From contig JAQOWU010000001.1 of NCBI GenBank assembly GCA_030867685.1, forward strand, positions 1,054,001 through 1,115,855: a stretch of 61,855 nucleotides of DNA, given 5' to 3'. A program made the position numbers and the translations under genes. Positions 1 through 10,904 of this stretch are shown here, in pieces. Within the stretch, counting starts at the first letter, position 1, and each line of letters begins with the position of its first letter. The stretch comes from Wickerhamiella versatilis. Lineage: Eukaryota. Under the pieces are notes generated by a model that was given only the letters and a program-made list of their open reading frames with translations, did not search any database and was not told the origin of the DNA.

Positions 1-1
1 A

Positions 2-190
2 GGTTGCGGTGAAACAGACACCATCGAATATCCTGAATTATATGTTGAGGATTTTCTTGGTGCACAAGACTATCTGATAACGCTTTCTCATGTCGTTAAG
101 GATCTCATTGGAGTTTTTAGCGTTTTCAGAGGGGTAGATACTCGATCAATGCAGCAATAGTCAAACACCGAATTAAAGCAGTCAACAATA
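2..190 (+). pseudogene. Decayed alpha/beta-hydrolase fragment (YcjY-like), running off the left edge
   Basis: Manual translation gives GETDTIEYPELYVEDFLGAQDYLITLSHVVKDLIGVFSVFRG, then after a frameshift GRYSINAAIVKHRIKAV. This resembles the family pattern E.P..R.ED.SA..DYL.TL..VD..RIG.MGIC.G.GY..NAA..D.RIKA. The nucleophile elbow is degraded. Confidence 0.55.
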
Positions 191-249
191 TATGCAAATA
201 AAACTCTCGTGATAGCGTTTGGGCACGAGATACCACTTTTTATTAGTTC

Positions 250-1341
250 CTAGGTTAACAAGTCATAAATAGAGACAATGTAGTTTCCATTCAGAAAGAG
301 ACTAATTGCGATGAAAATACTTCTCTCCTGAAAGACTGCTGTTAATAGACATCCGAAAATTGTGAGAAATCGAAAGAGGAGAATAACAGAGATCATATCT
401 TGTTTTACACCAGCTAGACGAAAATCCTCAAACATACTCTCACACAAAATCCAACATATAAGGATATCTGCGATGCAAATTGTCACTATGAATATGGCAA
501 AACATGTTATCCACTTAGGATCACTATTCTGACCTGACAAGAATCCAGTAGATTTAAGAACGAGATAGCTGGATAGCAATATAGCGCCAGCATCAGAAAT
601 TGTTCGCGTTATAGGATCCACCTCATGGAATGAGGTGCGTACATCTTCGGGTGCCATCGATATGTTGGTTTCAGGGGTAGACGTTCTCCCTGAAAATGGT
701 GTTATGATGCTGGATACCGACCTCAGAAGAGCATTGCCATCTAAAGAGGAAGATGCGGACAGTTGTGCCTGAGGATTTTCGTGAAGAATCTTCAATCGCT
801 CTACATTTTTAAGTATAGCAAGGTAATTTGTTAAGAACCAGGAGACAACAAGTAGAAGAAAAATTATCGCAAAGATTGTGTTACTTTCATACACTGCGAC
901 TATCATACAACTGCAAGCAGTAACGAACTTGACAGATGAAGCGATAGCAAAACTCAAAGACTCATGCGAGCTTATTGTAAAATTCATATGAAGTTTTCTG
1001 TTCAGAATTATTTCAGTAACACAGAAGACTGTTATAAATATATTAAAGCCAAATATTCCATTTAAAGGGATAGAATCGTAGGAGAGGTATCTGAGCGTAT
1101 TGAAAATATTAAAAGAGCACAAACAAATGACCGAAATACTTAATACCATCGAAGAGGCAGCAATAGTACTCGACGAGCACACTGCCATCAGAATGACCTG
1201 ATTAGTACACAATGATAAATAAACAAATCTAAATCCGACTAAAAGTCGAAGGAAAGAGCAGATAGTATACAGATTCAAGAAAGCTATAATCGCATGGGCT
1301 GTAGGAGAATCAGGGCAAAGCTGATAACCACCTAAAACCAA
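250..1341 (-). CDS. Uncharacterised polytopic membrane protein (start uncertain; first in-frame ATG at 1188)
   Basis: 363-codon ORF with two blocks of hydrophobic segments separated by an S/T/P-rich hydrophilic loop. No family recognised. The ORF track start is TTG. Confidence 0.55.
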   Translation of the reverse strand: MVLGGYQLCPDSPTAHAIIAFLNLYTICSFLRLLVGFRFVYLSLCTNQVILMAVCSSSTIAASSMVLSISVICLCSFNIFNTLRYLSYDSIPLNGIFGFNIFITVFCVTEIILNRKLHMNFTISSHESLSFAIASSVKFVTACSCMIVAVYESNTIFAIIFLLLVVSWFLTNYLAILKNVERLKILHENPQAQLSASSSLDGNALLRSVSSIITPFSGRTSTPETNISMAPEDVRTSFHEVDPITRTISDAGAILLSSYLVLKSTGFLSGQNSDPKWITCFAIFIVTICIADILICWILCESMFEDFRLAGVKQDMISVILLFRFLTIFGCLLTAVFQERSIFIAISLFLNGNYIVSIYDLLT

Positions 1342-2272
1342 GCCAATGTTACCCCGTTTTTCTGCTTACTTAGCTCCGCAGCGCTGCTGACTATTAAGTG
1401 TAGATGCTTACTGCTAGGCTTGGTGCTTTAGAAGGTCCAAGTATATATCACTCTAACTAGTGGATTTTAGATGGTAAAATGTGCCTCTTGCTCACTTCTG
1501 AAAAGAAGTGGAATAGGTTAGATGAGTAATCCAACACCTCGGAAAGAACCCGAAGTATGCCTTTCGGTACTACTCAACGAATTCGAACTTTCACCTACCT
1601 GTGAATTTTCTTTTTTTTGCATGAGGTTATATGTATATGCTTAGGTAAATCCGCTTCTCAAGAAAGTCTCAAGAAATGTTGCTCTCAAAAATACTTTTTA
1701 ATTACAGAAATTATGTTTACTAATTAGTAGCTCTAGTTTTTCAAATTTTAAGATATCAATATTTGTTTACGATTATCCTAGTTTTTACTCAAACCCATAT
1801 TGGTAAAAGAGGCAACCCTATTTCTTATGATTTATTAGAAGTCGAGGCTACAGCGTGTAGCTTCACATATCTCTATTAATTTATTGACTGACTAGTAGAC
1901 CATCGAGAGAAGATGGGAGAACCCTAGCAACAAACTTTAATTTACGAGAGTCTTTTTGTTACAATATTCTGCGTGACAGAAGCGCTGGTGTCCGGAAGAT
2001 CATTAGTATTAATATTTGGAGCCCGCCTGATTGGAAACCGATGAACTCGAACTGGTCTCGCGACTTTCAGCGTCATAGATATATCCACTTATAGTTCACC
2101 AAGCCTAAATTTCGCAAGTGTACAAATTGTCAATTTTTGGTCATCGAACGTGTAATTTTTCATCTGTGCCCAATATCAGTAGTATCGTTTATGGACCTGT
2201 CATTGTACCACGTGATGAATTAGCTAATCAACTTATATAACGCAATAAGTAGTTATGGTGTTTAGTTAGCGT

Positions 2273-4570
2273 ATGGAAAACAAAGGTATATCCACTTCCC
2301 AGGCTCTTCGCTATCTCAGGGAAGTGGGATATAATGAAGTTGATACGCAAGATGCATATCTGTTTACTAACGTATTGCATCGGCTGTGGGGCTTCAAACT
2401 CTGGATGCTCGAATTTGCATTGATCCTGGAAATAGTACAGAGAAAAAGGCCTGAAGCTATATCTATATTCATTTTTATCTCGTTCCAGACTGTTATAGAT
2501 GGCTTTGGGGATTGGTTGAGCCACGATCTTTCTAAATCTCTAAAAAGGAGACTAAAAGTTGCTGCTAGGATCAAGAGAGATGGTCGTTGGCAATTAATAC
2601 CTTCCAGGGTCATAGTTCCTGGAGACGTTATATCATTAAAATCTGGCGATATGGCTCCCGCAGACGTAATTCTCACTTCAGGAGCTGTTGAAGTCGATCA
2701 ATCAGCATTCACTGGTAATCCATCCCCAGTATATCGCATGTCTGGAAGCATCATACTGTCTAATACAATTATTGAACATGGAGAGGCAATTGGTACTATT
2801 CAAAATACTGGCCCAAGAACCCGTTTTGGCCAGGCTAGCGATATTGATAGCGTGCGAATTCATAATGCTCCAAATAATATTGAGAGATCAGTATCATCAG
2901 TGCAACAGATTCTTGCAGGGATAGTTGTGGTTACCTTGACATTCTTGGCCAGTGTGGGTTTTTGGTATGTTGGAGAAACTGTTGAGCCGATTCCGTATTT
3001 TTTGGTTCTGGCTTCTGTTATAGTACCTATTGATGTACCAGAATTATCTGAAAATCTCATCACAATTTTGACAAGGTGGTTAGCCAAAAATGGAGTTCTC
3101 CTTACCGATTCTTCAGCATTATATGGCATAGCGGCCATAGACACACTTTGCGTGGATCGATCCAGTATTTTAACCACACATTCATCGCTGGACAAGATTG
3201 TTACGTTTAATAATGCAAAAGAGGATGAAATCCTTGGATGGGCTGCATCAACCTGTGATATCACTTCCAGCAGTTCTTTGGAAAAAGCGGTATGCCGTGA
3301 AGTTTCCAAACGCAAAATAACAGCCCCTAAAGTTGCGAAACGCTTGAGTTTTGACCCCAGCAGCAGACAATCAGGTGCAATTTTGCAGTCAGGTACTAGG
3401 ATTGTATGGGGATCCCCATCATCTATCGCCTTTTTTGTTGGCCCGGAGGCGATTCCCGAGCTATTCTATGAGCTATTAGACAGTCTAAGCTTATATGGGT
3501 CGCAGGTTCTCGCTATTGCCATGCAGCATGAAGGACAGCGGTTTGCTATACAGGGATTAATCTCTTTTCATGCTCAAATTGAGGAGAACTCTCGTTCGTT
3601 AATAAGTTCACTTAAAGATCTTGGATTGAAAATTATAATGGTCACTGGTGATACCATGTTGGCGACGCGAGCAAATGTCAGCAAGACTAGTATTGGGTAC
3701 CGCGTTTCTGAGGGAAGGGAGGGTATAGCTGACCCTGAGTTATTCCAAGCATTTGCAGACCTCTATCCAGAGGAAAAGGTTGATATAATTAATTCTTTGA
3801 AGAGAAAGGGGCACATTGTTGGTGTAGTGGGACGTGGAATAAATGATGTGGCTGCTTTGAGCTCTGCAGATATCGGTATTGCAGTAGATTCTGCATCCAG
3901 CATAGCCAAATTGTTTTCAGGTTTTATTCTGGGTACCCCTGGACTGGCGGGAATATTGACTGCAGTTGAGTTAGGACGTAAGGTGTCCCAGCGATTCTCC
4001 ACGTATATTACATTAGAATTTGTTTCAGTGCTTCAGCTTTCTTTTTTCCTGACCACCTGCTTCATTGCTACTGGGCATATTTTGCTTCCCTTAGTTGGAC
4101 TGTCATTCATAGGTCTTACTGGATGCATTATGCGAGTTGCAATAGCTACAGATAACACATATGTACCCCGACTACCTCAAGAATGGCGGGTCCGCTTTGT
4201 TTTTCGTGTTAGTTCGTTACTTGCATTAGCATGGCTCGGACTTGGGTTATCGCTAGTGTACGTGGCGACGCAATATCTCAAACTTCCAATAGAGAGCATT
4301 CAGACATTGTGTTTTGTTTATTTTCTGTTCACGTATCTTTTAACAGTAGCCATTACTAGGACTCCGAGGATATCTTGGACTCTGCCCCCTGGTTATCTGC
4401 TTCTAATCACGATGCTATGCAGCGGCATTTTTGCGGTTTCTATCAGTTGTTTTGGCTGGGGTCTTAGACCCGCTGATTTCAGGATCACAATTTCACTTGT
4501 GGGTATTATTATGATTGTGGGTATTGTGCTAGATTGGATTAAATCAAGAGTTCTATCTAAATCGACCTGA
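2273..4570 (+). CDS. P-type ATPase-like protein, P3A (H+-efflux) type, with degenerate catalytic motifs
   Basis: VPGDVI, VDQSAFTGN (for TGES), CVDRSSILT (for CSDKTGTLT), MVTGD, PEEK, GRGIND (for GDGVND), IATDN, ~10 TM segments, short N-terminus. Confidence 0.85.
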   Translation: MENKGISTSQALRYLREVGYNEVDTQDAYLFTNVLHRLWGFKLWMLEFALILEIVQRKRPEAISIFIFISFQTVIDGFGDWLSHDLSKSLKRRLKVAARIKRDGRWQLIPSRVIVPGDVISLKSGDMAPADVILTSGAVEVDQSAFTGNPSPVYRMSGSIILSNTIIEHGEAIGTIQNTGPRTRFGQASDIDSVRIHNAPNNIERSVSSVQQILAGIVVVTLTFLASVGFWYVGETVEPIPYFLVLASVIVPIDVPELSENLITILTRWLAKNGVLLTDSSALYGIAAIDTLCVDRSSILTTHSSLDKIVTFNNAKEDEILGWAASTCDITSSSSLEKAVCREVSKRKITAPKVAKRLSFDPSSRQSGAILQSGTRIVWGSPSSIAFFVGPEAIPELFYELLDSLSLYGSQVLAIAMQHEGQRFAIQGLISFHAQIEENSRSLISSLKDLGLKIIMVTGDTMLATRANVSKTSIGYRVSEGREGIADPELFQAFADLYPEEKVDIINSLKRKGHIVGVVGRGINDVAALSSADIGIAVDSASSIAKLFSGFILGTPGLAGILTAVELGRKVSQRFSTYITLEFVSVLQLSFFLTTCFIATGHILLPLVGLSFIGLTGCIMRVAIATDNTYVPRLPQEWRVRFVFRVSSLLALAWLGLGLSLVYVATQYLKLPIESIQTLCFVYFLFTYLLTVAITRTPRISWTLPPGYLLLITMLCSGIFAVSISCFGWGLRPADFRITISLVGIIMIVGIVLDWIKSRVLSKST

Positions 4571-5624
4571 TATCATGTATTCCCTATCTCCACTCAGTGA
4601 TACAGGATAGCGTTAAAAACGCATTCCAGCTAATTATTCTAGGTAAATGTTCCATTGTCAGTTATCCAAGCTTTTACCAATATCACCTACAACTACTGTT
4701 ACATACCTTCGACAAGAACTAAGATATACCTCATTCGCCCAAGAAACACGATTATACCTAATCCAAATATACTAGGAAGGGATTAAAAGCCCTGTTCTTA
4801 TGTCGATTAGTTATTTGCCGGGGCTAAGAAAAAGTATGTAAGCGTCGGTAATCCCCTGATACAAAATTGAGTTAATCATGAGGTATACTGTAAATATGCT
4901 TTTATAAAAAAAGAGCTGTGAGCTCCCAGGGGTGCCTTTGTCAAAATATTTTCGAGTGTTATTGTTTGGATAGGTTCATTGGCTGCATGCCTTGTAATGT
5001 TTGCAAATTTTTTTTCGGATCTCTATGTGACCCAGATACCAGCGTGGGAAGTCATTGTTAGAGTATGCAAAAAAAAATAACACTTATATATTGGGACAGC
5101 AATTGACAATTACTCGAGAGCTCAAAAGCATCTGAAATCGATTACGATAGATTTTATTGAATACGGTTGTCACAGCAGCACTTAGGGCTAGGTTGAGCTG
5201 CACATGTGCAGAAATGTAACCATTATCATAACGACATATCTCCATTTATACAGTTCTAGAGCATTATTAATCATTATTTTATTTTATTTTTCTATTACCT
5301 GGTTCAAGAGAATACGATATTTTGCTCCAAAAAGCTCAACACCGTTCCAATTCCAATAATCTGCTTTATGCTTATGCAAGGACAAGTTAGTAGATTGCCG
5401 CGTACTTAGTCACTATATATATTGGAATAGTAGGGTTTATCCTCGCCAATCACGTATCTGCGCAAAGAAGTTGATAAAGACAGTAAAACTTGGTTATCAC
5501 AGATAAAAAGCAAAAGTATATCACTTCATAGAGGTTATATAGATTTAGGTCTTAACAGGCTCTTTGCATGACTTTATGTGAATGATCGATGCAATATAAA
5601 TGGTGCATAGCGCATGGTATAGGG

Positions 5625-5638
5625 CTGGCACGTGCCAG
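5625..5638. promoter_or_regulatory. CACGTG E-box in a 14-bp perfect palindrome (Pho4-type site) upstream of the acid phosphatase
   Basis: CTGGCACGTGCCAG ~70 bp before the ATG at 5707. Confidence 0.55.
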
Positions 5639-5706
5639 TGGTGAGTCTTTAAATTGAGTTGAATTGCGCATGATTTCAAATTCACCAAGAGGCCTTTGGT
5701 GATAAT

Positions 5707-7230
5707 ATGCTTTCTGCCGTGGTGTTTGCTGCTGGAGTTCTAGCTTATGGGCCTATGGCCCCTTACGACCAGGACTTCCTGGAAAATTATAATATCCTCA
5801 AGTATTTAGGAAATGGAGGACCGTATAATACTCGTCGTGGTCTCGGTATTAGCCTCGATGCGCCAGAAGGGTGCTCGGTTGACCAGGTAGCGATGGTGAT
5901 GCGTCACGGTGAGCGTTATCCAGATTTGGGTTCTGTAAAGTCATATGAAGAAGTTTGGGCCAAATTCGATCAGAAAAAGGGGACATACGTTAATGACCTC
6001 GAATTTGTCAACTACTGGGAACCATTCGTTTCTCATGATGATCCTTTTGTTTCACAAGAATCCACAGTTGGTCCCTATTCTGGTCTTCAGACTGGTTACC
6101 TTGCTGGAACAATCTATCGCCAACGGTATGGTCATCTTTGGGACAGTCAAACAATTACCCCTGTATTCACTTCAGGGAGTGAGCGTGTTGTTGATACGGC
6201 TCGCCGTTTTGCTGAAGGGTTTTTCGGCTACAATATTTCTGCGGCCGCGGTCAATATTGTTCCGGAGGTCGCAGACCAGGGTGCTAACTCTCTAGTACCT
6301 GTGTGCAACAATGCTTCCTATGAAAAATCAAACGAGTCTGCTTGTTCGGGCAAAGGTGATTACCCACCTTTATATGCCCTCGCGAAGAAGTGGAACCAGA
6401 AGTTTGGGCTCAACCTCACATGGTTTGATATTCAAACACTATGTTCAGCTGCTGGATTCGAGCTTCAGGTCCGTGGAGATTCCCCGTGGATTAAAGCTAT
6501 CCCTCAGGATGTTTGGATTGCTTATGAACACTATCTATCGGCGTCATTCTGGTGCACAAACGGCCCAGGGTCTCCTTCAGCTCTTGCACGTGGATCCAAC
6601 TGGGCTAATGCCACACGTCAACTATTCCTTGGTGGCCCTAGTAAAGGGCTTCCTCTTGCTTTCTCCTTCTCTCATGATACTGACATAGCCCCGATTAAGG
6701 CGTTTTTGGGACTTGACGCGGCGCCCCAAACCAACCTCAGCCAGGTCCAGGCGGATAGTGGCTATCATATTTCGGATGTTATGCCTATGGCAGGTCGTCT
6801 CGTTCTCGAGCGGCTCGTTTGCACCGGTGAAGAAACTGATAAGACTCGCTTTGCGAATGCTAACCCTCCTGCCTTCAATGGGTCGTATGTCAGCTCGAAT
6901 GTGTCACGTCCTTCCAATGCAACAGATGCTGGTGATGGAAAGAGTTACTACGTACGGGTAGTCTCTAATGATGCTGTTGTACCAATTAACGACTGCCTTT
7001 CGGGCCCTGGCTACTCCTGCCCTCTTCAGGAGTATAGTGATTACATCGACAGGCGCTTGGTTGGCAGAGAATACTCTCAGGTTTGCAATTTGACCGAGAG
7101 CGCACCAAAATATCTGGACTTTTTCTGGAATTATAATACCACTACCGATTTGAACCCCATTAATAACACAGTTGCGTACCAGGCCTACTTGGTTAACTAC
7201 CTTGGTCAAGCCATACCAAGGGATTCTTAG
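5707..7230 (+). CDS. Secreted histidine acid phosphatase / phytase (PHO5-like family)
   Basis: Signal peptide, RHGERYP catalytic motif, FSHD, many N-x-S/T sequons, C-terminal VRVVSNDAVVP..C..GPGYSCPL. Confidence 0.95.
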   Translation: MLSAVVFAAGVLAYGPMAPYDQDFLENYNILKYLGNGGPYNTRRGLGISLDAPEGCSVDQVAMVMRHGERYPDLGSVKSYEEVWAKFDQKKGTYVNDLEFVNYWEPFVSHDDPFVSQESTVGPYSGLQTGYLAGTIYRQRYGHLWDSQTITPVFTSGSERVVDTARRFAEGFFGYNISAAAVNIVPEVADQGANSLVPVCNNASYEKSNESACSGKGDYPPLYALAKKWNQKFGLNLTWFDIQTLCSAAGFELQVRGDSPWIKAIPQDVWIAYEHYLSASFWCTNGPGSPSALARGSNWANATRQLFLGGPSKGLPLAFSFSHDTDIAPIKAFLGLDAAPQTNLSQVQADSGYHISDVMPMAGRLVLERLVCTGEETDKTRFANANPPAFNGSYVSSNVSRPSNATDAGDGKSYYVRVVSNDAVVPINDCLSGPGYSCPLQEYSDYIDRRLVGREYSQVCNLTESAPKYLDFFWNYNTTTDLNPINNTVAYQAYLVNYLGQAIPRDS

Positions 7231-7417
7231 AAAACATCCCCTAGACTAGTCGTAATATACCTTTGTGAAAATTATTGTAAGCAATGAATGTGTATTTTTA
7301 TCTTTACGGGGAAAATGACAAGACTCTCCATTATCAAGCTATTCATTCATACCTTAAATCGGTAGGTAGCTACTTAATGTCATTTTGACGATGTGAGATA
7401 TTTCACTTCTGAAATAA

Positions 7418-7420
<3 letters not shown>

Positions 7421-7450
<30 letters not shown>
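7421..7450. repeat. (TC)15 microsatellite
   Basis: Read directly from sequence. Confidence 0.95.
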
Positions 7451-7452
<2 letters not shown>

Positions 7453-8069
7453 ATTATATTGAATATTAAGTATATTTATCCCACTTAACTCTTTTCTTTG
7501 TGACCCATGGCTCCTTCAGCCATGCAAAATAGCCCAATCTAGTTGGGCAAAGCAAAATAGCCTACTTCTTTGATAATTACTTGGAGCAATTGACTGTGGT
7601 TCTGACAGCGTATGTTACACTAAATTATTTGGTTGCGTGAATGAGAATGGCGCTAGTTGTGGTGCAGTCCTGGACCTTCGGCATGGACTGCTGTCTAATG
7701 CAAACATTTATCTACTGAAATGGAGTTATTTCATCGTATATTGATTGCAATATTCTCTCATATGACTTTTAGCACCAGTTAATCAGTCCGTTAACGGTTG
7801 AACGGGAAAGATACTCCTGTTTATGGGGTTGCTTTGTCATAATATACTCTGAAAGGAGGTGGTTTATTCAAAGCAAACGTTTGGGGACCTACTACGTTTC
7901 CAAGAATGCTTTAGTGTTTTCTAATAAAATTGTGGCTCTTGATTATACAGATAATGTCAACCTTGAGGCTGAGTAAATTGTTAGAGGAATGTCGTGATCA
8001 GCTTACTCAGTATCCCTGCTGCGTCGTCGGAGACAAACTTTATCAACTACTTTTGTCGGTGCCGCTCAA

Positions 8070-10064
8070 ATGGCAGAGCAGACCTTGGAAAAAAGTAGGC
8101 AAAAGAGAAATCGTGCTTCGCTAGCCTGTGATAAGTGTCGCGAAAGAAAAGTGCGCTGTGACTCTGCTCGCCCCAGGTGCAACCAATGTTGTCGGTCTGG
8201 GTTCTCCTGCACTTACAAAGTGAATCAGGGCACGGTAAAGCATCCTTCAACTCACAAACGTACAGAAAGACCTGATATTTACACCCGTGTTCAGCGGCTC
8301 GAACACTTAGTTGACGATATTATGCAGAACTCAAACATGGGGTCTACAGCAGTTTCTGGCTCTCTAGAAAGAGATTCAAACCAGCTCGAAGAATCAAACA
8401 GACCTTTATTTGGAGATTCAACTGTGAATGACCAAATAAAAGATATGAGAGCTCTCGAATTCCAACTCACAGTAGAAGGGAGAGATCACAGGCCCCCACT
8501 CTACAGCTACTCGATTCTGGGAATGTTGGCGACAGCGCAGAATCTTCAATTAATTGGAAATAGAATCGGTCAGCCTGATATGCCTCAAAAACTTATGTCC
8601 AGCATTCAAAGAAGCCACAGAGCGCACGAGGATCGAAAAAAGGCTTTGTTTCGGCAGCAACCAGCTGAACATTCATTGCTAGATGCTGATTTGAAATCAT
8701 TCTGCCAAAGACATTTTCATACACTTGGTTCCGACTACATATACGCTATCTTAACTCCAGAAGAATCTGATTATGCTTTCAGGAATGATTCTGGCATGTC
8801 AGCCATGATAGAACCCTTGGTTGTTCTCCTTGTGATATGTCACATGCGCTTTGTGGGAAATACCCATGGTATCTCAGAAGAACTGTTAGAACAACAGACG
8901 GTAGTCGCGTTTATGCATGCAACAAGACATTGGGCATTGAGCGGTCTTTTGCCATGTAGTTCCGGTCTATTCCGCTCACTTGTTTTTTATGCATTGGTCA
9001 CACTATTGTTCACGCCTCTATCACAGGACTTTCGGGCTCTGGCAGTTGCTCATTCTGCTGGGCATCAGTTGGGTGTAGATGATATGGAATACTGTCAGGC
9101 ACATGATCAGTCGGTCTGGAAACGAAATATAATTGTTTGGAATATCTTGAGAGAACTTGATAGTAACATATCTCTAAGTGCGTCCCAGCCACCAGGAGTT
9201 CGTGTTTACGAGAACTCAAAGATTTCACCAAATTTGTCATTAAGAAGCGACTCCGACCTAAAGATCCAGTTGTACCAATGGCGACTTTGTGAAATTTATG
9301 AAAAATGTTACAAAGAAGTGTTCAGCAGAGAAGCCCTCAAGAAATCCCATCGAAATATTTTCGAAAATATTCTTCGGCTAGATGGAGAATTGGAAGTTTG
9401 GCGATCAGGACTACCTGATAGTATGACTACTCCGTCTGAAGATGGAATTTTTTATCTGGATAACACATCTACCTTACCACTGCCACCTATAGCTTCTTTT
9501 ATGCTATTGACGATGAACATGTCCTTTTTTGCACTTAAGGCGCAGCTCCATATTTTACCAGCTTTTGTCCGATCTTTTTTGAAGAACGTTGATGACGATG
9601 TTCTCCTGTCAAAAGCCTCAAAATCACCGATAATAGCATCAGAAGCTGCTCGAGACATATTTCGTCTGGCATTGTCCACCAAAAAAGCCTTGAAACACTT
9701 GCCGTTGTACCAATTCTGTGTTATTACAGCTCATCAAGTACTCTCCCTTTATTGCATGATGTTTCCTGGGAACGACAGCTTTTATAGAGACCTTAGTCTA
9801 TTGCTTGACGGTCCACAAGCGAGGGGCGCCACTCCTATAGTATTTGATGAGACTTTTGAAACAGTGAACGAAATACTCTCGCGGTTTCGTGAAGATGTAG
9901 TTCAGCAGGGTCATTCTTCCGGTGGGGGTAATACGACTACCACACACCCCATGGGTAATCCCCTGTTAGCTGAGGGGCAACCACCTTCAAATCTCGCACC
10001 TTGGTTCGATATTGAGCCGACTACCTTTGATCAATTACCTGTGGACTCGTGTCAAGCAATGTGA
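8070..10064 (+). CDS. Zn(II)2Cys6 fungal transcription factor
   Basis: ACDKCRERKVRCDSARPRCNQCCRSGFSC, followed by a coiled coil (RVQRLEHLV) and a fungal TF middle region. Confidence 0.93.
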   Translation: MAEQTLEKSRQKRNRASLACDKCRERKVRCDSARPRCNQCCRSGFSCTYKVNQGTVKHPSTHKRTERPDIYTRVQRLEHLVDDIMQNSNMGSTAVSGSLERDSNQLEESNRPLFGDSTVNDQIKDMRALEFQLTVEGRDHRPPLYSYSILGMLATAQNLQLIGNRIGQPDMPQKLMSSIQRSHRAHEDRKKALFRQQPAEHSLLDADLKSFCQRHFHTLGSDYIYAILTPEESDYAFRNDSGMSAMIEPLVVLLVICHMRFVGNTHGISEELLEQQTVVAFMHATRHWALSGLLPCSSGLFRSLVFYALVTLLFTPLSQDFRALAVAHSAGHQLGVDDMEYCQAHDQSVWKRNIIVWNILRELDSNISLSASQPPGVRVYENSKISPNLSLRSDSDLKIQLYQWRLCEIYEKCYKEVFSREALKKSHRNIFENILRLDGELEVWRSGLPDSMTTPSEDGIFYLDNTSTLPLPPIASFMLLTMNMSFFALKAQLHILPAFVRSFLKNVDDDVLLSKASKSPIIASEAARDIFRLALSTKKALKHLPLYQFCVITAHQVLSLYCMMFPGNDSFYRDLSLLLDGPQARGATPIVFDETFETVNEILSRFREDVVQQGHSSGGGNTTTTHPMGNPLLAEGQPPSNLAPWFDIEPTTFDQLPVDSCQAM

Positions 10065-10904
10065 CTTCAAGATAAGAGACCTCAAGTTTACCTTGCTAAG
10101 CCAAGTTTTTTTTTCAAATTGTGTGTCGAAATATCGAGATCCACTCCACCACCTGAGATTGGTTGGATTGATGCTAAGAGATACATATTTATCAAATTAT
10201 AGAAATAGAAAGAGTCCTATTGAATTGGCATTTGAAATTTGATGAACCTCGAAAAGACTATTCCATCAGTTATTTTGTCATTAATAACTGGTGACCTGAC
10301 GCATCTCAACTATAGTAGAAACCATTTCTAATCCTTTTCTTGTGTCTATACCGGTTAACACCCACTGATAGTAAAAGAGTTACCATAACGCCAACCAGGA
10401 TGCCTACAACGAGTCCCGCCTTCTCTTCCTCTGCCCACTTTGGCCAGGACTCCACATATACAAGCTAATATTTTCAACATATGTCTTGGAAGCTTTTGTT
10501 GTTACACTCGCACTTCTGCTTGGCACAGGAGCACCCTTTCTTATCTGTGATAACGTTAAATAGCTAATATTTCATTACGCGCCTTGGTGGTCTTTGCTTG
10601 GTCAATTTGAAGCATCACCAGTGCTGTAGAACTGTAAAAAAAATACCCCAACTGAGAAAATGATGAGTCATAGAGATATGTATTATGTGTGTATAACCAA
10701 AGCGCATTTAACTTCCTCATTAGTCATTATGAACTTCATAACGTTTCACTGACTCGAGGAAAAATCTATCGACAAGTTAGACAGTCTGATCAGTGTATAT
10801 TAGTTACTTAGACCCCTTTTGCTACCCAAAAGTGTGAGGTGAGTAGATGTGACGCCTTTTTTGGTTGCAGATTAGCCTAGTGTTACGTCATAGCTCTCCT
10901 TGCG

